From a virus (taxonomy: Duplodnaviria > Caudoviricetes): a stretch of DNA of 29,790 nt. Every line of letters starts with the position of its first letter. The stretch's first letter is position 1. Positions 8,702-17,135 of the stretch are shown piece after piece. A model generated the notes under the pieces. It did not search any database. It was not told where the DNA came from and was given only the letters and a program-made list of their open reading frames with translations. A program made the translations under genes and the position numbers. Location of the stretch: IMG/VR virus record IMGVR_UViG_3300020201_000080, positions 1 through 29,790 of that record, one strand, 5' to 3'.

Positions 8702-9432
8702 TGGAAGCACAAGTAATTGAACAAACACAAGACCAACTTGATAGAGAAGTGGCTTGTAAAACTTACACAGTAATGTCCGCAGATATTAAGAGCTCATTAA
8801 AATTAAAAGCTCAGGTCTTGCAGAACTTTGAAATCTCAGTTGATACAGGAGTAAAAACTCAAACTGGTATTTGGAGTATTGTAAACGAAATCAAAGAGAT
8901 TGTGAATGAATTCCATGAATGGGATCTTCCTACTTCAAAAGAACTCGATAGGCTATTGAACGATCATATTTCAATTCTCGCAATGCGATTTCAGAATCAA
9001 GAGTTGCTTGAGATGGAAAATAAATTGAAAGATAAATTTCGTAGGCTCCCATCTATCGAAACAATCAGGATCAATTCGATTAAGTGCAAGGATATGAAGA
9101 TCGCAGGATTTGCGAGACCAATCTTTGAGATGAAATACCAATCAAATGATAACAGGACTCTTCTTCCTGTAGAATACACATTGATTATCACGAGAGGCGA
9201 TCTCACTCAAATTCTAAGTTCAGAAGAACCTACTGCCTTTCTTCAGTTACGTCATCTTTGCGAGGAATTTTTCTCTGAAGCAGATCTTCATCTCATGAAT
9301 TTCAATAAGGAAGTAGAGAAGCAGAAAAACAAAATTATGGAGAAATCCAAGGAAGAGAATTCGCAACTCAAACTTTCCATCGTTCCAAATCCTGGAGACA
9401 AAACCGACGGAGATATCGAAGATGAAGACTAA
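8698..9432 (+). CDS. hypothetical protein
   Basis: 244-aa ORF with coupled start and acidic tail. Confidence 0.75.
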   Translation: MMEAQVIEQTQDQLDREVACKTYTVMSADIKSSLKLKAQVLQNFEISVDTGVKTQTGIWSIVNEIKEIVNEFHEWDLPTSKELDRLLNDHISILAMRFQNQELLEMENKLKDKFRRLPSIETIRINSIKCKDMKIAGFARPIFEMKYQSNDNRTLLPVEYTLIITRGDLTQILSSEEPTAFLQLRHLCEEFFSEADLHLMNFNKEVEKQKNKIMEKSKEENSQLKLSIVPNPGDKTDGDIEDED

Positions 9433-9904
9433 AAACAGATTTCATATAAGAACCGCTAGGCGCAAAAACCCTAAAGGTAAATCTCCTATGGCTCTTCTTC
9501 TTACAGCTCCTTCTGAAGCGAAAGAACAAACAATGCTCATTGAAATGATATCGATCAAATATCCAAATTTGATTTTCAGAGTCGGTATGGAAGCAGGCAA
9601 ACGAAACCCTCGTTTTGCGAAAGAACAAGGCGTTTCATCTGGATGGCCAGATTTGTATTTTCCGTACGAGAGCAGAGGATATAAGGCTCTTTGGATTGAG
9701 TTAAAGAAGCGAGATGCAAAGCTTTTTAAGAAAGATAAAGTTACTCCTAAGGACCAGAGAATTGCAAACCAAATAAGGATTATGAATTTTTTGGAGAACC
9801 GTGGTCATGTCGCCAAATTCTGCTTTGGTGCTAAAGAAGCTTTGAATACCATCGATTGGTATCTAAATGAAGAAGAGAAACAATTTGCTGGAGAAATAAA
9901 ATGA
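9422..9904 (+). CDS. VRR-NUC (PD-(D/E)xK) nuclease / resolvase-like
   Basis: GVSSGWPDL...LWIELK...Q...LENRG motif set. Confidence 0.85.
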   Translation: MKTKNRFHIRTARRKNPKGKSPMALLLTAPSEAKEQTMLIEMISIKYPNLIFRVGMEAGKRNPRFAKEQGVSSGWPDLYFPYESRGYKALWIELKKRDAKLFKKDKVTPKDQRIANQIRIMNFLENRGHVAKFCFGAKEALNTIDWYLNEEEKQFAGEIK

Positions 9905-10293
9905 TTTCAGATACCGTAATAATAAGTTTAAGAGGAATCGAGTGTTGCAATTGTCATGCAGTTTTCGGGATGACAGCTGATGCAAAACAAAGATACGAAC
10001 GTGATCATAGATCTTTTAAATGCCCTTATTGTTTTACTTCTCAATCGTATCGAGGGAAGTCTGATTTAGAGTTAGCCCAAGAAGCGTTAGAACGTGAACG
10101 AAAGAAAAACGAAGATAAAAATATCCAACTTCGCCATCTTGAAAATTCGCTAATCGCGGAGAAAGGACAAAAAACAAAGCTCAAGAAAAAACTTGAGCGA
10201 GTTCAAAATGGGTTATGCCCAGATTGCAATAAGTCATTTAAGCATCTTGCAAAGCATATGAAATCGAAACATGGTTGTCGTGAGGATCTATGA
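9901..10293 (+). CDS. zinc-ribbon / coiled-coil / C2H2 zinc-finger protein
   Basis: CCNC...CPYC, coiled coil, CPDCNKSFKHLAKHMKSKH. Confidence 0.7.
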   Translation: MISDTVIISLRGIECCNCHAVFGMTADAKQRYERDHRSFKCPYCFTSQSYRGKSDLELAQEALERERKKNEDKNIQLRHLENSLIAEKGQKTKLKKKLERVQNGLCPDCNKSFKHLAKHMKSKHGCREDL

Positions 10294-10958
10294 TCATGAA
10301 TGTCATCGACCGCCAAATCTTGATTACACCTAGATCGATTGTCCGTAATTACAATGAGTGGGCGGTTCTCAAGGGATATGAGCCTTCGCTTTCGATGTAT
10401 TCAAATGGGAAAACGTTCTTCGGTGAGTGGAACTATGGCCAGAACTTCAAAAACATTTCTGGGTATAAAGGAGCATACGCACAACAGGATATATCTCGTC
10501 TGCAAGCTTGTATTCCAGATATGGGAGTCCTTTTGCATTTGTTCTCCGGATCGATGCCAGTTGGTCCATATTATCGCTTGGATAATAATTTCGCAGTGAT
10601 TTCGGATGCAAGAACAGGCATTGATTTCGTCGCCGATGCCACGGAAGCACATCTTTATTTTGAGCACGAATACTTTGATGTCGTGATGGCAGATCCTCCT
10701 TGGAGTAAATACCACAGCGAAGAAATCTATAATTGTAGTTTGGTGGACAAGACTAAGGTCTTGAAATCAGTTCATCAAATCCTAAAACCAGGCGGTCTTT
10801 TGATTTGGAAGGATTATGCAAAACCAGTTTGGAGTGGAGCAGAGTATGACTATCTCGGAAGAATCTGCATTGATCCTTCCAGCGGTCACGATGATCGAAG
10901 TTTTAAATTTTATCAAAAGAAGAAGGAGATCACGAATGAAATCTTACCTCTGTCATAA
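10290..10958 (+). CDS. small amino (N6A/N4C) DNA methyltransferase-like protein
   Basis: Motif I-like HLFSGS, DVVMADPPW (motif IV), LKPGGLL. Confidence 0.75.
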   Translation: MIMNVIDRQILITPRSIVRNYNEWAVLKGYEPSLSMYSNGKTFFGEWNYGQNFKNISGYKGAYAQQDISRLQACIPDMGVLLHLFSGSMPVGPYYRLDNNFAVISDARTGIDFVADATEAHLYFEHEYFDVVMADPPWSKYHSEEIYNCSLVDKTKVLKSVHQILKPGGLLIWKDYAKPVWSGAEYDYLGRICIDPSSGHDDRSFKFYQKKKEITNEILPLS

Positions 10959-11103
10959 GTGCGGATCTGATGCGAAATACCAACATGACAACTCCGATCT
11001 TTGTGAGTCTTGTTATACGGTCGAGCTTGGCAAGGAGTTCGATAGACTTCACATCCAGATATATCGGGAAAAATGCGATCGGGAATTGGGGGTGATAAAT
11101 TAA
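10936..11103 (+). CDS. small Cys-rich (CxxC x2) protein
   Basis: SD AAGGAG then ATG 10936: MKSYLCHKC...CESC. Confidence 0.65.
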   Translation: MKSYLCHKCGSDAKYQHDNSDLCESCYTVELGKEFDRLHIQIYREKCDRELGVIN

Positions 11104-11449
11104 TGGAAACGATAGTGCAGCCTCGCCCTACCAAAGCAAGAAAAGTTCATCGTTGCGATTTCTGTGAGTTAAAAATCGAGCAAGGTGAAACCTACGAACG
11201 TTCTGTTCACAAAATGGACGGCTCAGTGTATGAATGGAAATCTCATCTCGATTGCTCATGGATTGCAAGTGAACTAAATATGTTCGACCACTGCGATGAA
11301 GGCTTAACTGGAGAAGCATTCCAAGAAGAGATTATGATAGAATTTGAAAAGTTAGAGTTTGAGAATCCGACGGAGAGACTTTTTTCCAAATTTCTTTCGC
11401 AAGTTATAGAGTATCACAAAGAGAAATGCGATCGGGAATTGGGAGTGAT
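11071..11449 (+). repeat. 26-bp direct repeat at two consecutive gene ends (11071-11096 and 11424-11449)
   Basis: AAATGCGATCGGGAATTGGG(G/A)GTGAT, one mismatch. Both proteins end EKCDRELGVI(N/V). Confidence 0.9.
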
Positions 11450-11456
11450 TGTATGA
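11103..11456 (+). CDS. phage zinc-binding protein
   Basis: KARKVHRCDFC...I..GE.Y...HLDC motif; TAATG overlap at 11103. Confidence 0.75.
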   Translation: METIVQPRPTKARKVHRCDFCELKIEQGETYERSVHKMDGSVYEWKSHLDCSWIASELNMFDHCDEGLTGEAFQEEIMIEFEKLEFENPTERLFSKFLSQVIEYHKEKCDRELGVIV

Positions 11457-11839
11457 ATGAAAATCAAATTATTTTTAAAACGAGGTGGAAAGACCACGAG
11501 TCTTTTTTCGGAAATCCTGTTATTGAATATGTTGGAAATAAAAAATCAGGTAAATGGATGCTTACTCTTCAGTGTCTTTCACCAAAAATAAGAATAGGCC
11601 AATGTGATCTTTGTCGTGTGATAGATGGTACAGATTTATTCGAAGACGATTGGATTAGAGATATTAGAACAGGAGTTGAATTTCAAATTATTTTCAACGA
11701 GGAGTTCCTAGGTTGGTGGTGTGTTTCTAAAGATAAAACTATCGAATGCCCATTGAATTCTATCATTAAATTTCACGAAAAAATAATTCAGAAGGAAGAA
11801 AAGGATGATACTCGGATTCAAGTCACAATTCAAACATAA
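11453..11839 (+). CDS. hypothetical protein, possibly degenerate YopX-like
   Basis: ATGA start at 11453. FKTRW... and DGTDLFEDDWI resemble YopX motifs. Confidence 0.6.
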   Translation: MNENQIIFKTRWKDHESFFGNPVIEYVGNKKSGKWMLTLQCLSPKIRIGQCDLCRVIDGTDLFEDDWIRDIRTGVEFQIIFNEEFLGWWCVSKDKTIECPLNSIIKFHEKIIQKEEKDDTRIQVTIQT

Positions 11840-12182
11840 GATTCTTTCAGGTGAAAAACTCCATACGATCCGAGCAGATGAGTTGAACCGATGGAAAGCT
11901 GGGAAGATCATTCAATTTGCGACAGGTCTCAGGACAGCTAACTATGAACAGTTCGCGCTTGGAAGATGTACCAGAGTTTCCGAGATCATTATCAATCCAG
12001 AGAACGAACGAGTTTATATTGGGCATGGATCTGGAATCGTCTATCGAGGACAAGGCGTTCAAGCTTTCGCAAAGAACGACGGTTTCGATTCTCTGGAAGA
12101 CTTTTGGAAGTGGTTTAACAAACCGTTTGAAGGCAAATTGATTTTTTGGCAATTATTTGCGAATGGGAGAGACGAGGGATGA
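11805..12182 (+). CDS. ASCH domain protein
   Basis: ILSGEKLHTIR (GxKxxTxR) and FAKNDGFDSLEDFWKWF. Confidence 0.85.
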   Translation: MILGFKSQFKHKILSGEKLHTIRADELNRWKAGKIIQFATGLRTANYEQFALGRCTRVSEIIINPENERVYIGHGSGIVYRGQGVQAFAKNDGFDSLEDFWKWFNKPFEGKLIFWQLFANGRDEG

Positions 12183-12628
12183 AAAATACTTTAGAACCAA
12201 ATCAACTCAGTTTATTCCCTGAACCTGAGCATGTTTCAAATTGGTGCATTCTTTGGAATTTATACGGTTTCCCAGAACCAGCGATAGGTGATATCATTGC
12301 CATTGGTTGCTGCATAGCGGAATTATTAGAACCTGAAGATCCTGAATTTACGCATACTTATCTTTATTGGCAACTTTGTATAATTACAGAGATCAGAAAT
12401 GACGGAAAGGTTATTTGTGAGTTTAAGTATAATTTCTCACCAGATAATCCTTGGATTTATGAAAAAATGCTAGGAAAAAAAATCATTTTAGATAGGGAAG
12501 ATGTCTGCATTCCTTTTCCACAAGTTGAGTTTCTTTTAGGTCTTCATGAAAAAGGTGAAATTTCAATTCGAAAGGAATACCGACAAGCAATGCTTGGATG
12601 GGAAAACGAAGGAGAGGAAGAAGAATGA
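12179..12628 (+). CDS. hypothetical protein
   Basis: ATGA overlap at 12179 preferred over track start 12146. Confidence 0.7.
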   Translation: MKNTLEPNQLSLFPEPEHVSNWCILWNLYGFPEPAIGDIIAIGCCIAELLEPEDPEFTHTYLYWQLCIITEIRNDGKVICEFKYNFSPDNPWIYEKMLGKKIILDREDVCIPFPQVEFLLGLHEKGEISIRKEYRQAMLGWENEGEEEE

Positions 12629-12792
12629 AGGTAAAAACATTAATAAGGGAACTGCAAAATTTAGACCCAAGCCAGGATGTAAAATTTTCGACTAAATGTG
12701 GCTCAACCTCAGGTAAGGTAACAGGCGTTTACATGCTCGATAAGGTTACTTTAGAATGTGAAGCCACACATTTTGATGGGGAAAGAATATGA
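12625..12792 (+). CDS. small hypothetical phage protein
   Basis: MKVKTLIRELQNLDPSQDV, a common phage microprotein N-terminus; ATGA overlap. Confidence 0.7.
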   Translation: MKVKTLIRELQNLDPSQDVKFSTKCGSTSGKVTGVYMLDKVTLECEATHFDGERI

Positions 12793-14087
12793 ATAACTCA
12801 TCAATCGAATGGACAGACAAAACCTGGAATCCTGTTTCAGGCTGCTCAAAGGTTTCCGCTGGATGTAAGAACTGCTATGCGGATGCAATGTTTACGAGAT
12901 TCAAATCGAAATGGGGTGAGTTCAACGATGTGAAGTGCCACGAGGACAAACTCGATGAACCGTTTAAGTTGAAGAAGCCGTCAAAGATTTTCGTGAATTC
13001 AATGAGCGATTTGTTCCATGAGAAGGTGCCATTCGAGTTTATCGATAAAGTTATGGCTGTCATTGCACTCAATCCGAAACACACTTTCCAAGTTCTTACC
13101 AAAAGACCAGAAAGAATGAAAGAGTATTTCGATTCATGGAATCAAATTGGCGGTGATTTCAATTTAACTGAGGCGATGGATGAAATAGAGGAAGAACTCT
13201 TACGTCACGAAATTTCTGGCGAACTCAAAAAGCAATTTCGTCCCGAACGTGGAAATGAAATCGATGACTCATTAATATACGATTCACGTCCACCTGTCAT
13301 TCTGAAAAACCTATGGCTCGGTGTCTCTGTCGAAGATCAAAAGACCGCCGATGAGAGAATCCCAGTTTTGTTACATATTCCAAGCTACATTCGGTTTCTA
13401 TCCTGTGAACCGTTATTAGGTCGAATTAAGTTCGATGATCTTTTAAAAAATTGGAATGCTTATGATCCAAAAATGTTCAAAATCGATTGGGTAATTGTAG
13501 GAGGGGAATCTGGAATAGGGGCAAGAGAGATGCATCCAGACTGGGTTCGCTCTATCTTGAGTGAATGTGCCGATATGAGTATACCATTCTTTTTCAAGCA
13601 GTGGGGGGAGTGGATCTCGACAGATCAAGGTTCAGAACTTGATGAAATTCCCGTAAAGCCAGAACATTTAATTCCTATAAATATAGGAGGAAGACTGTCG
13701 ACGCATTCTTTGATAAAAGTCGGCAAGAAAAAAGCTGGCTCATTGTTAGACGGCAAAGAATGGAAAGAGTTTCCAAGGGTTGGGGGAATGAGTATGGAAA
13801 ATAATAAACCAACAGAACTTGAAGAAAAAATCATACAAGCTGCACATATCGCTTGTATGGAATCTGGAATGGAAAAATCTCCAACCCCTAATCGGCTAAT
13901 TGATAAACTTCGCAAAATCATGCCACCTACTTGCACAACTAACGAAAGGCAATTTTTGGATGAGATAAGAGAAAAGTGCAAATGGTTCCCATACAGTGAT
14001 GGAATGATTGGAATGAAACCAAATGGCAACGCGACCAACATTTTTCAGGTAAATTTTGAGACAAACTTAAGGGAGCTAGTAGAATGA
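12789..14087 (+). CDS. DUF5131 (phage Gp37/Gp68) family protein with a C-terminal extension
   Basis: IEWTDKTWNPVSGCSKVSAGCKNCYA, FVNSMSDLFHE, LTKRPER, WLGVSVE, SCEPLLG, WVIVGGESG, FFKQWG, LLDGKEWKEFP. Confidence 0.92.
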   Translation: MNNSSIEWTDKTWNPVSGCSKVSAGCKNCYADAMFTRFKSKWGEFNDVKCHEDKLDEPFKLKKPSKIFVNSMSDLFHEKVPFEFIDKVMAVIALNPKHTFQVLTKRPERMKEYFDSWNQIGGDFNLTEAMDEIEEELLRHEISGELKKQFRPERGNEIDDSLIYDSRPPVILKNLWLGVSVEDQKTADERIPVLLHIPSYIRFLSCEPLLGRIKFDDLLKNWNAYDPKMFKIDWVIVGGESGIGAREMHPDWVRSILSECADMSIPFFFKQWGEWISTDQGSELDEIPVKPEHLIPINIGGRLSTHSLIKVGKKKAGSLLDGKEWKEFPRVGGMSMENNKPTELEEKIIQAAHIACMESGMEKSPTPNRLIDKLRKIMPPTCTTNERQFLDEIREKCKWFPYSDGMIGMKPNGNATNIFQVNFETNLRELVE

Positions 14088-14494
14088 GTGAAATTAAATA
14101 CGATAACGAAAAAAACGTTTGTGCTTGCGATAAATTTTCATTTCTTTTGGACGACTACGAATCCGAACGTCTTGCACATGAAGCGACAAAGCGAGAACTG
14201 GAACAACAAAAGCACGATACCTACCTAGTAACTAAAGAATATGAACGAGTATCAAAGGAACTGGAAGAGTTAAAACTAATTAACAAAATCGCGGTTCAAG
14301 GGTTAAACGATGCTTTAAAAGAAAAACAAAAACAATTTGAAGACTTAACTAGGCTGATCCAATTTGTGATTCCAAAGACCCAGGTTAGTCTATTCTCTGA
14401 AAGTGTAAAATCACCTAGGGCGCATAAAGCAATTATTGGTTGTATTAATAAAATGACAGCAATTATCGAATCATCAAGAGGTAATCATGAGTAA
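14084..14494 (+). CDS. hypothetical coiled-coil protein
   Basis: 136 aa, coupled start. Confidence 0.7.
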   Translation: MSEIKYDNEKNVCACDKFSFLLDDYESERLAHEATKRELEQQKHDTYLVTKEYERVSKELEELKLINKIAVQGLNDALKEKQKQFEDLTRLIQFVIPKTQVSLFSESVKSPRAHKAIIGCINKMTAIIESSRGNHE

Positions 14495-14609
14495 GATACG
14501 AAGATTCACAACAAACCCGATTCAAGGACACCCTCCATGCATTTTTGAAACAGAAGATGGCGAACTATGCTTATATTCGGATTTGGAAGCGACAAAGCGA
14601 GAACTGGAA
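14180..14609 (+). repeat. 24-bp exact direct repeat shared by two adjacent genes (14180-14203 and 14586-14609)
   Basis: GAAGCGACAAAGCGAGAACTGGAA, encoding EATKRELE in both. Confidence 0.9.
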
Positions 14610-14798
14610 GAGTTGCAAGTTGCGTTGCAAAATATAGCTCACCCTATTAATTATTTGCAAAATTTAGCTGATAAAGAAGGGCATAAATTAAGTGGCGAAA
14701 AAGCCATCAAGTTGAGCCAAGACCCAAATTGGCTTACAGGATTGGCTAAAAACGCAATCGAAGCCTCCCGTCAAAGAGCAAAGGAGAAACAAGGATGA
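14487..14798 (+). CDS. hypothetical protein
   Basis: 103 aa, SD GAGG. Confidence 0.7.
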   Translation: MSKIRRFTTNPIQGHPPCIFETEDGELCLYSDLEATKRELEELQVALQNIAHPINYLQNLADKEGHKLSGEKAIKLSQDPNWLTGLAKNAIEASRQRAKEKQG

Positions 14799-15034
14799 GC
14801 TCACAAATTTGTATCCACTGTCAATGCCTAATGCATCCTTTCGAAAGTGAAAAAGGAAACGGTAACGAGTGCATGGGTTGTATTGATCCACGAGATGAAA
14901 TTGAGGATGATGATCCTTATTTTTTTTGTGATGATTGCCAATATGATTTTTGCTCTGATTTTGGTTGTGAAATAAAAAATGGGATTTTGCAACCAGATGT
15001 AGAAGGGTGGGGGATGCCGTTAAGTGAAAGATGA
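14795..15034 (+). CDS. small acidic Cys-rich protein
   Basis: 79 aa with three CxxC pairs plus further Cys; SD AAGGAG. Confidence 0.7.
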   Translation: MSSQICIHCQCLMHPFESEKGNGNECMGCIDPRDEIEDDDPYFFCDDCQYDFCSDFGCEIKNGILQPDVEGWGMPLSER

Positions 15035-15052
15035 AAAAAAAGGAACCAAACA

Positions 15053-15400
15053 ATGATAAGATTTTTTAATATATTCTTTTATTTCCAAATCCTCATCTTG
15101 TTTTCAAAAAGGCTTCGGGAACTTTACCGATATTCTCCTATAGAAGTTCGTGGAATGACCTTCCCAGGATTAATGCTTTTTCGTCCTTCATTTGCATTCT
15201 CAAAGTACCATAAAAATACAATCGTATGCTTAGAGAATAATGAGAATCAAATGAATATCAGAGCAGATTTCTTTATTCAAGGTCTGGTAGAAAATCCAGA
15301 AATTTGGAAAAAAATTGAAGAGGCAAGAACTAGATTTATAACTGAAAGAAACTGCGAAGTCAAATACGGTGATGCGTGGTTTAGGATTAAAGAGTTCTAG
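15053..15400 (+). CDS. hypothetical protein
   Basis: 115 aa, SD AAGGA, hydrophobic N-terminus. Confidence 0.6.
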   Translation: MIRFFNIFFYFQILILFSKRLRELYRYSPIEVRGMTFPGLMLFRPSFAFSKYHKNTIVCLENNENQMNIRADFFIQGLVENPEIWKKIEEARTRFITERNCEVKYGDAWFRIKEF

Positions 15401-15793
15401 ATGATACCAATTTGTAGAGTTTGGGATATCAAAAATGAAAAGATGATCTATCTTTCGGAATTTGAGAGATGGGGAATTATCGATCATACCAAAGATTCTA
15501 CTCAAATCGCAACCGGACCAAATTGTATTTTTGTCTCTGATAATCCCGAATGCTTTGTTTGGATGCAGTTCTTGGGAACTCAAGATGCAAATGGGAATGA
15601 TATTTTTGAGTTAGATATTCTAAAAGATGAATGGCATGATAATAATTACGCAATACCTTCCATAGAAGAAGGTCAGATTAATTTCAATTTAGGAATATTC
15701 GAATGTGGCGTTTCCCAAGCAAATGATTCTATTAAGCTTGGAAATAAATTTGAAAATAAAGATATCTTCGAAAGAGTAGCAGAATTTTTATGA
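15401..15793 (+). CDS. YopX family protein
   Basis: CRVWD..NEKM, MQFLGTQDANGNDIFELDIL, LGNKFENKD. Confidence 0.85.
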   Translation: MIPICRVWDIKNEKMIYLSEFERWGIIDHTKDSTQIATGPNCIFVSDNPECFVWMQFLGTQDANGNDIFELDILKDEWHDNNYAIPSIEEGQINFNLGIFECGVSQANDSIKLGNKFENKDIFERVAEFL

Positions 15794-16026
15794 ACGATTT
15801 AGAAAAAAAGGAAATTATGCTGAAATGGGTAGCCGATTGTGCTGAACTTCAGGCATTAAAAGAAATAGAAATCGCAAAAGTAAAAATCAATTTGGCAACT
15901 TCCTTACTAAAAAATCCTCTAGGAACATTATTAGCTTTATCAACAACAGATTTTTACCAAAACCAAATAGACGCGATTCGATCACAGGCACCTCCACCAT
16001 GTCCGTTATGGTTTAAGGAAGGTTAA
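15790..16026 (+). CDS. hypothetical protein
   Basis: 78 aa, ATGA overlap. Confidence 0.65.
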   Translation: MNDLEKKEIMLKWVADCAELQALKEIEIAKVKINLATSLLKNPLGTLLALSTTDFYQNQIDAIRSQAPPPCPLWFKEG

Positions 16027-16114
16027 TTCCCCAGTATATCAAAAAAATAGTTTACTTCTAAGTTCATTCTTTAGTGTGAAATATAACTAATTAATGTTAT
16101 ACGAGGTAGATTAG

Positions 16115-16531
16115 ATGAAAGCAATTAAAGAGATTATTGAAACAAACGGTGGGATGGGATATTTAAAAAACCATCCGTCGATTAAAATTCAGAACAGTGT
16201 ATATATGGATTTGATCATAGAATACATTGGTGATGATGAGAGAGGAAATCCTCTTATTTCTGTAGCACATTATTATGTGCAGAATGGCGATCTAATGTCA
16301 GATCCAGAAATAGTATTTTCCGTAGACATCGATTGGAACTTTACTCCTATTTCTATAACTCAATCGGCTTTCGGAAGATACCATGAAGTGTATTTTGTCC
16401 GAGATGGAAAGTATTACAAGAATCTAGTTTTATACAAGGAACTGGTCGGATTCTCAAAAATATGGAATAAGAATATTGTTGAGCAAGGATTTGTCAAAGT
16501 CTTCAAAAAGCTAAAGGCGATTGCGTGTTAG
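16115..16531 (+). CDS. DUF6908-like protein
   Basis: YMDLIIE, ISVAHYYVQNGDLMSDPE, WNKNIVEQGF; SD GAGG. Family name from recall. Confidence 0.7.
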   Translation: MKAIKEIIETNGGMGYLKNHPSIKIQNSVYMDLIIEYIGDDERGNPLISVAHYYVQNGDLMSDPEIVFSVDIDWNFTPISITQSAFGRYHEVYFVRDGKYYKNLVLYKELVGFSKIWNKNIVEQGFVKVFKKLKAIAC

Positions 16532-16758
16532 CGAATGATTTACAATCACCAGATAATCTTTCTGGTGATTCCTTGGAAGATATTCACTATCAATTGAAAT
16601 TAATAAAGCTAATGTTGCTTAGTGGAGAGATTGACTATGAACGTGCAAAAGAAAAGGCAAAGCCTTACATCGAAATTCTTAATGCAAAAGCGAACATTAT
16701 TGCTCGTAAGTACGGAAAACAATTTTATCCAATTAGCTTTTTAGGATTCATGAGATGA
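16525..16758 (+). CDS. hypothetical protein
   Basis: 77 aa, GTG start overlapping the upstream stop. Confidence 0.65.
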   Translation: MLANDLQSPDNLSGDSLEDIHYQLKLIKLMLLSGEIDYERAKEKAKPYIEILNAKANIIARKYGKQFYPISFLGFMR

Positions 16759-17135
16759 AGATTTATACAAGCTACTTCGGATTTGTTAAGAAACTCCCAG
16801 AGACAATTATTCCGATATCAATTTCGAGATATGCGAGATTTTGGAAAGGAAGAGAGTATAAGAATTTGGCTCCCGATCCAGCAATTATGAATTATTCTGA
16901 AGAAAGATACTCAGAAAGATTTAACGCATATCTAGAATCACTAAATATCGAGAGAGTGATAGAAGAATTGCTTATACTTTCTTCAGGGAAAGATTGTGCT
17001 CTTTTGTGCTACGAAAAACCAGAGGACTTCTGTCATAGAAAATTAGTCGCTAGGTGGATTCAAAATAAAAAAGGGATTGAAGTTTCAGAATTCGTTGATC
17101 AATCTGATTCGGAGAATCCCGGGTTATTTAGCTGA
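16755..17135 (+). CDS. DUF488 family protein
   Basis: IYTSYF, LAP, and LLCYEKPEDFCHR signature. Confidence 0.85.
   Translation: MKIYTSYFGFVKKLPETIIPISISRYARFWKGREYKNLAPDPAIMNYSEERYSERFNAYLESLNIERVIEELLILSSGKDCALLCYEKPEDFCHRKLVARWIQNKKGIEVSEFVDQSDSENPGLFS

Noticed and set aside
11071-14609. CRISPR array or DGR template/variable repeats from the short direct repeats
   Set aside because: Only two copies each, hundreds of bases apart and in coding frame. There is no reverse transcriptase or cas gene, and no extended adenine-specific mismatch pattern.
15031-15069. A8 tract / A-AAA-AAG slippery site in a 12-codon ORF upstream of 15053
   Set aside because: A -1 shift does not reach the 15053 frame, and that ORF has its own well-spaced AAGGA SD.
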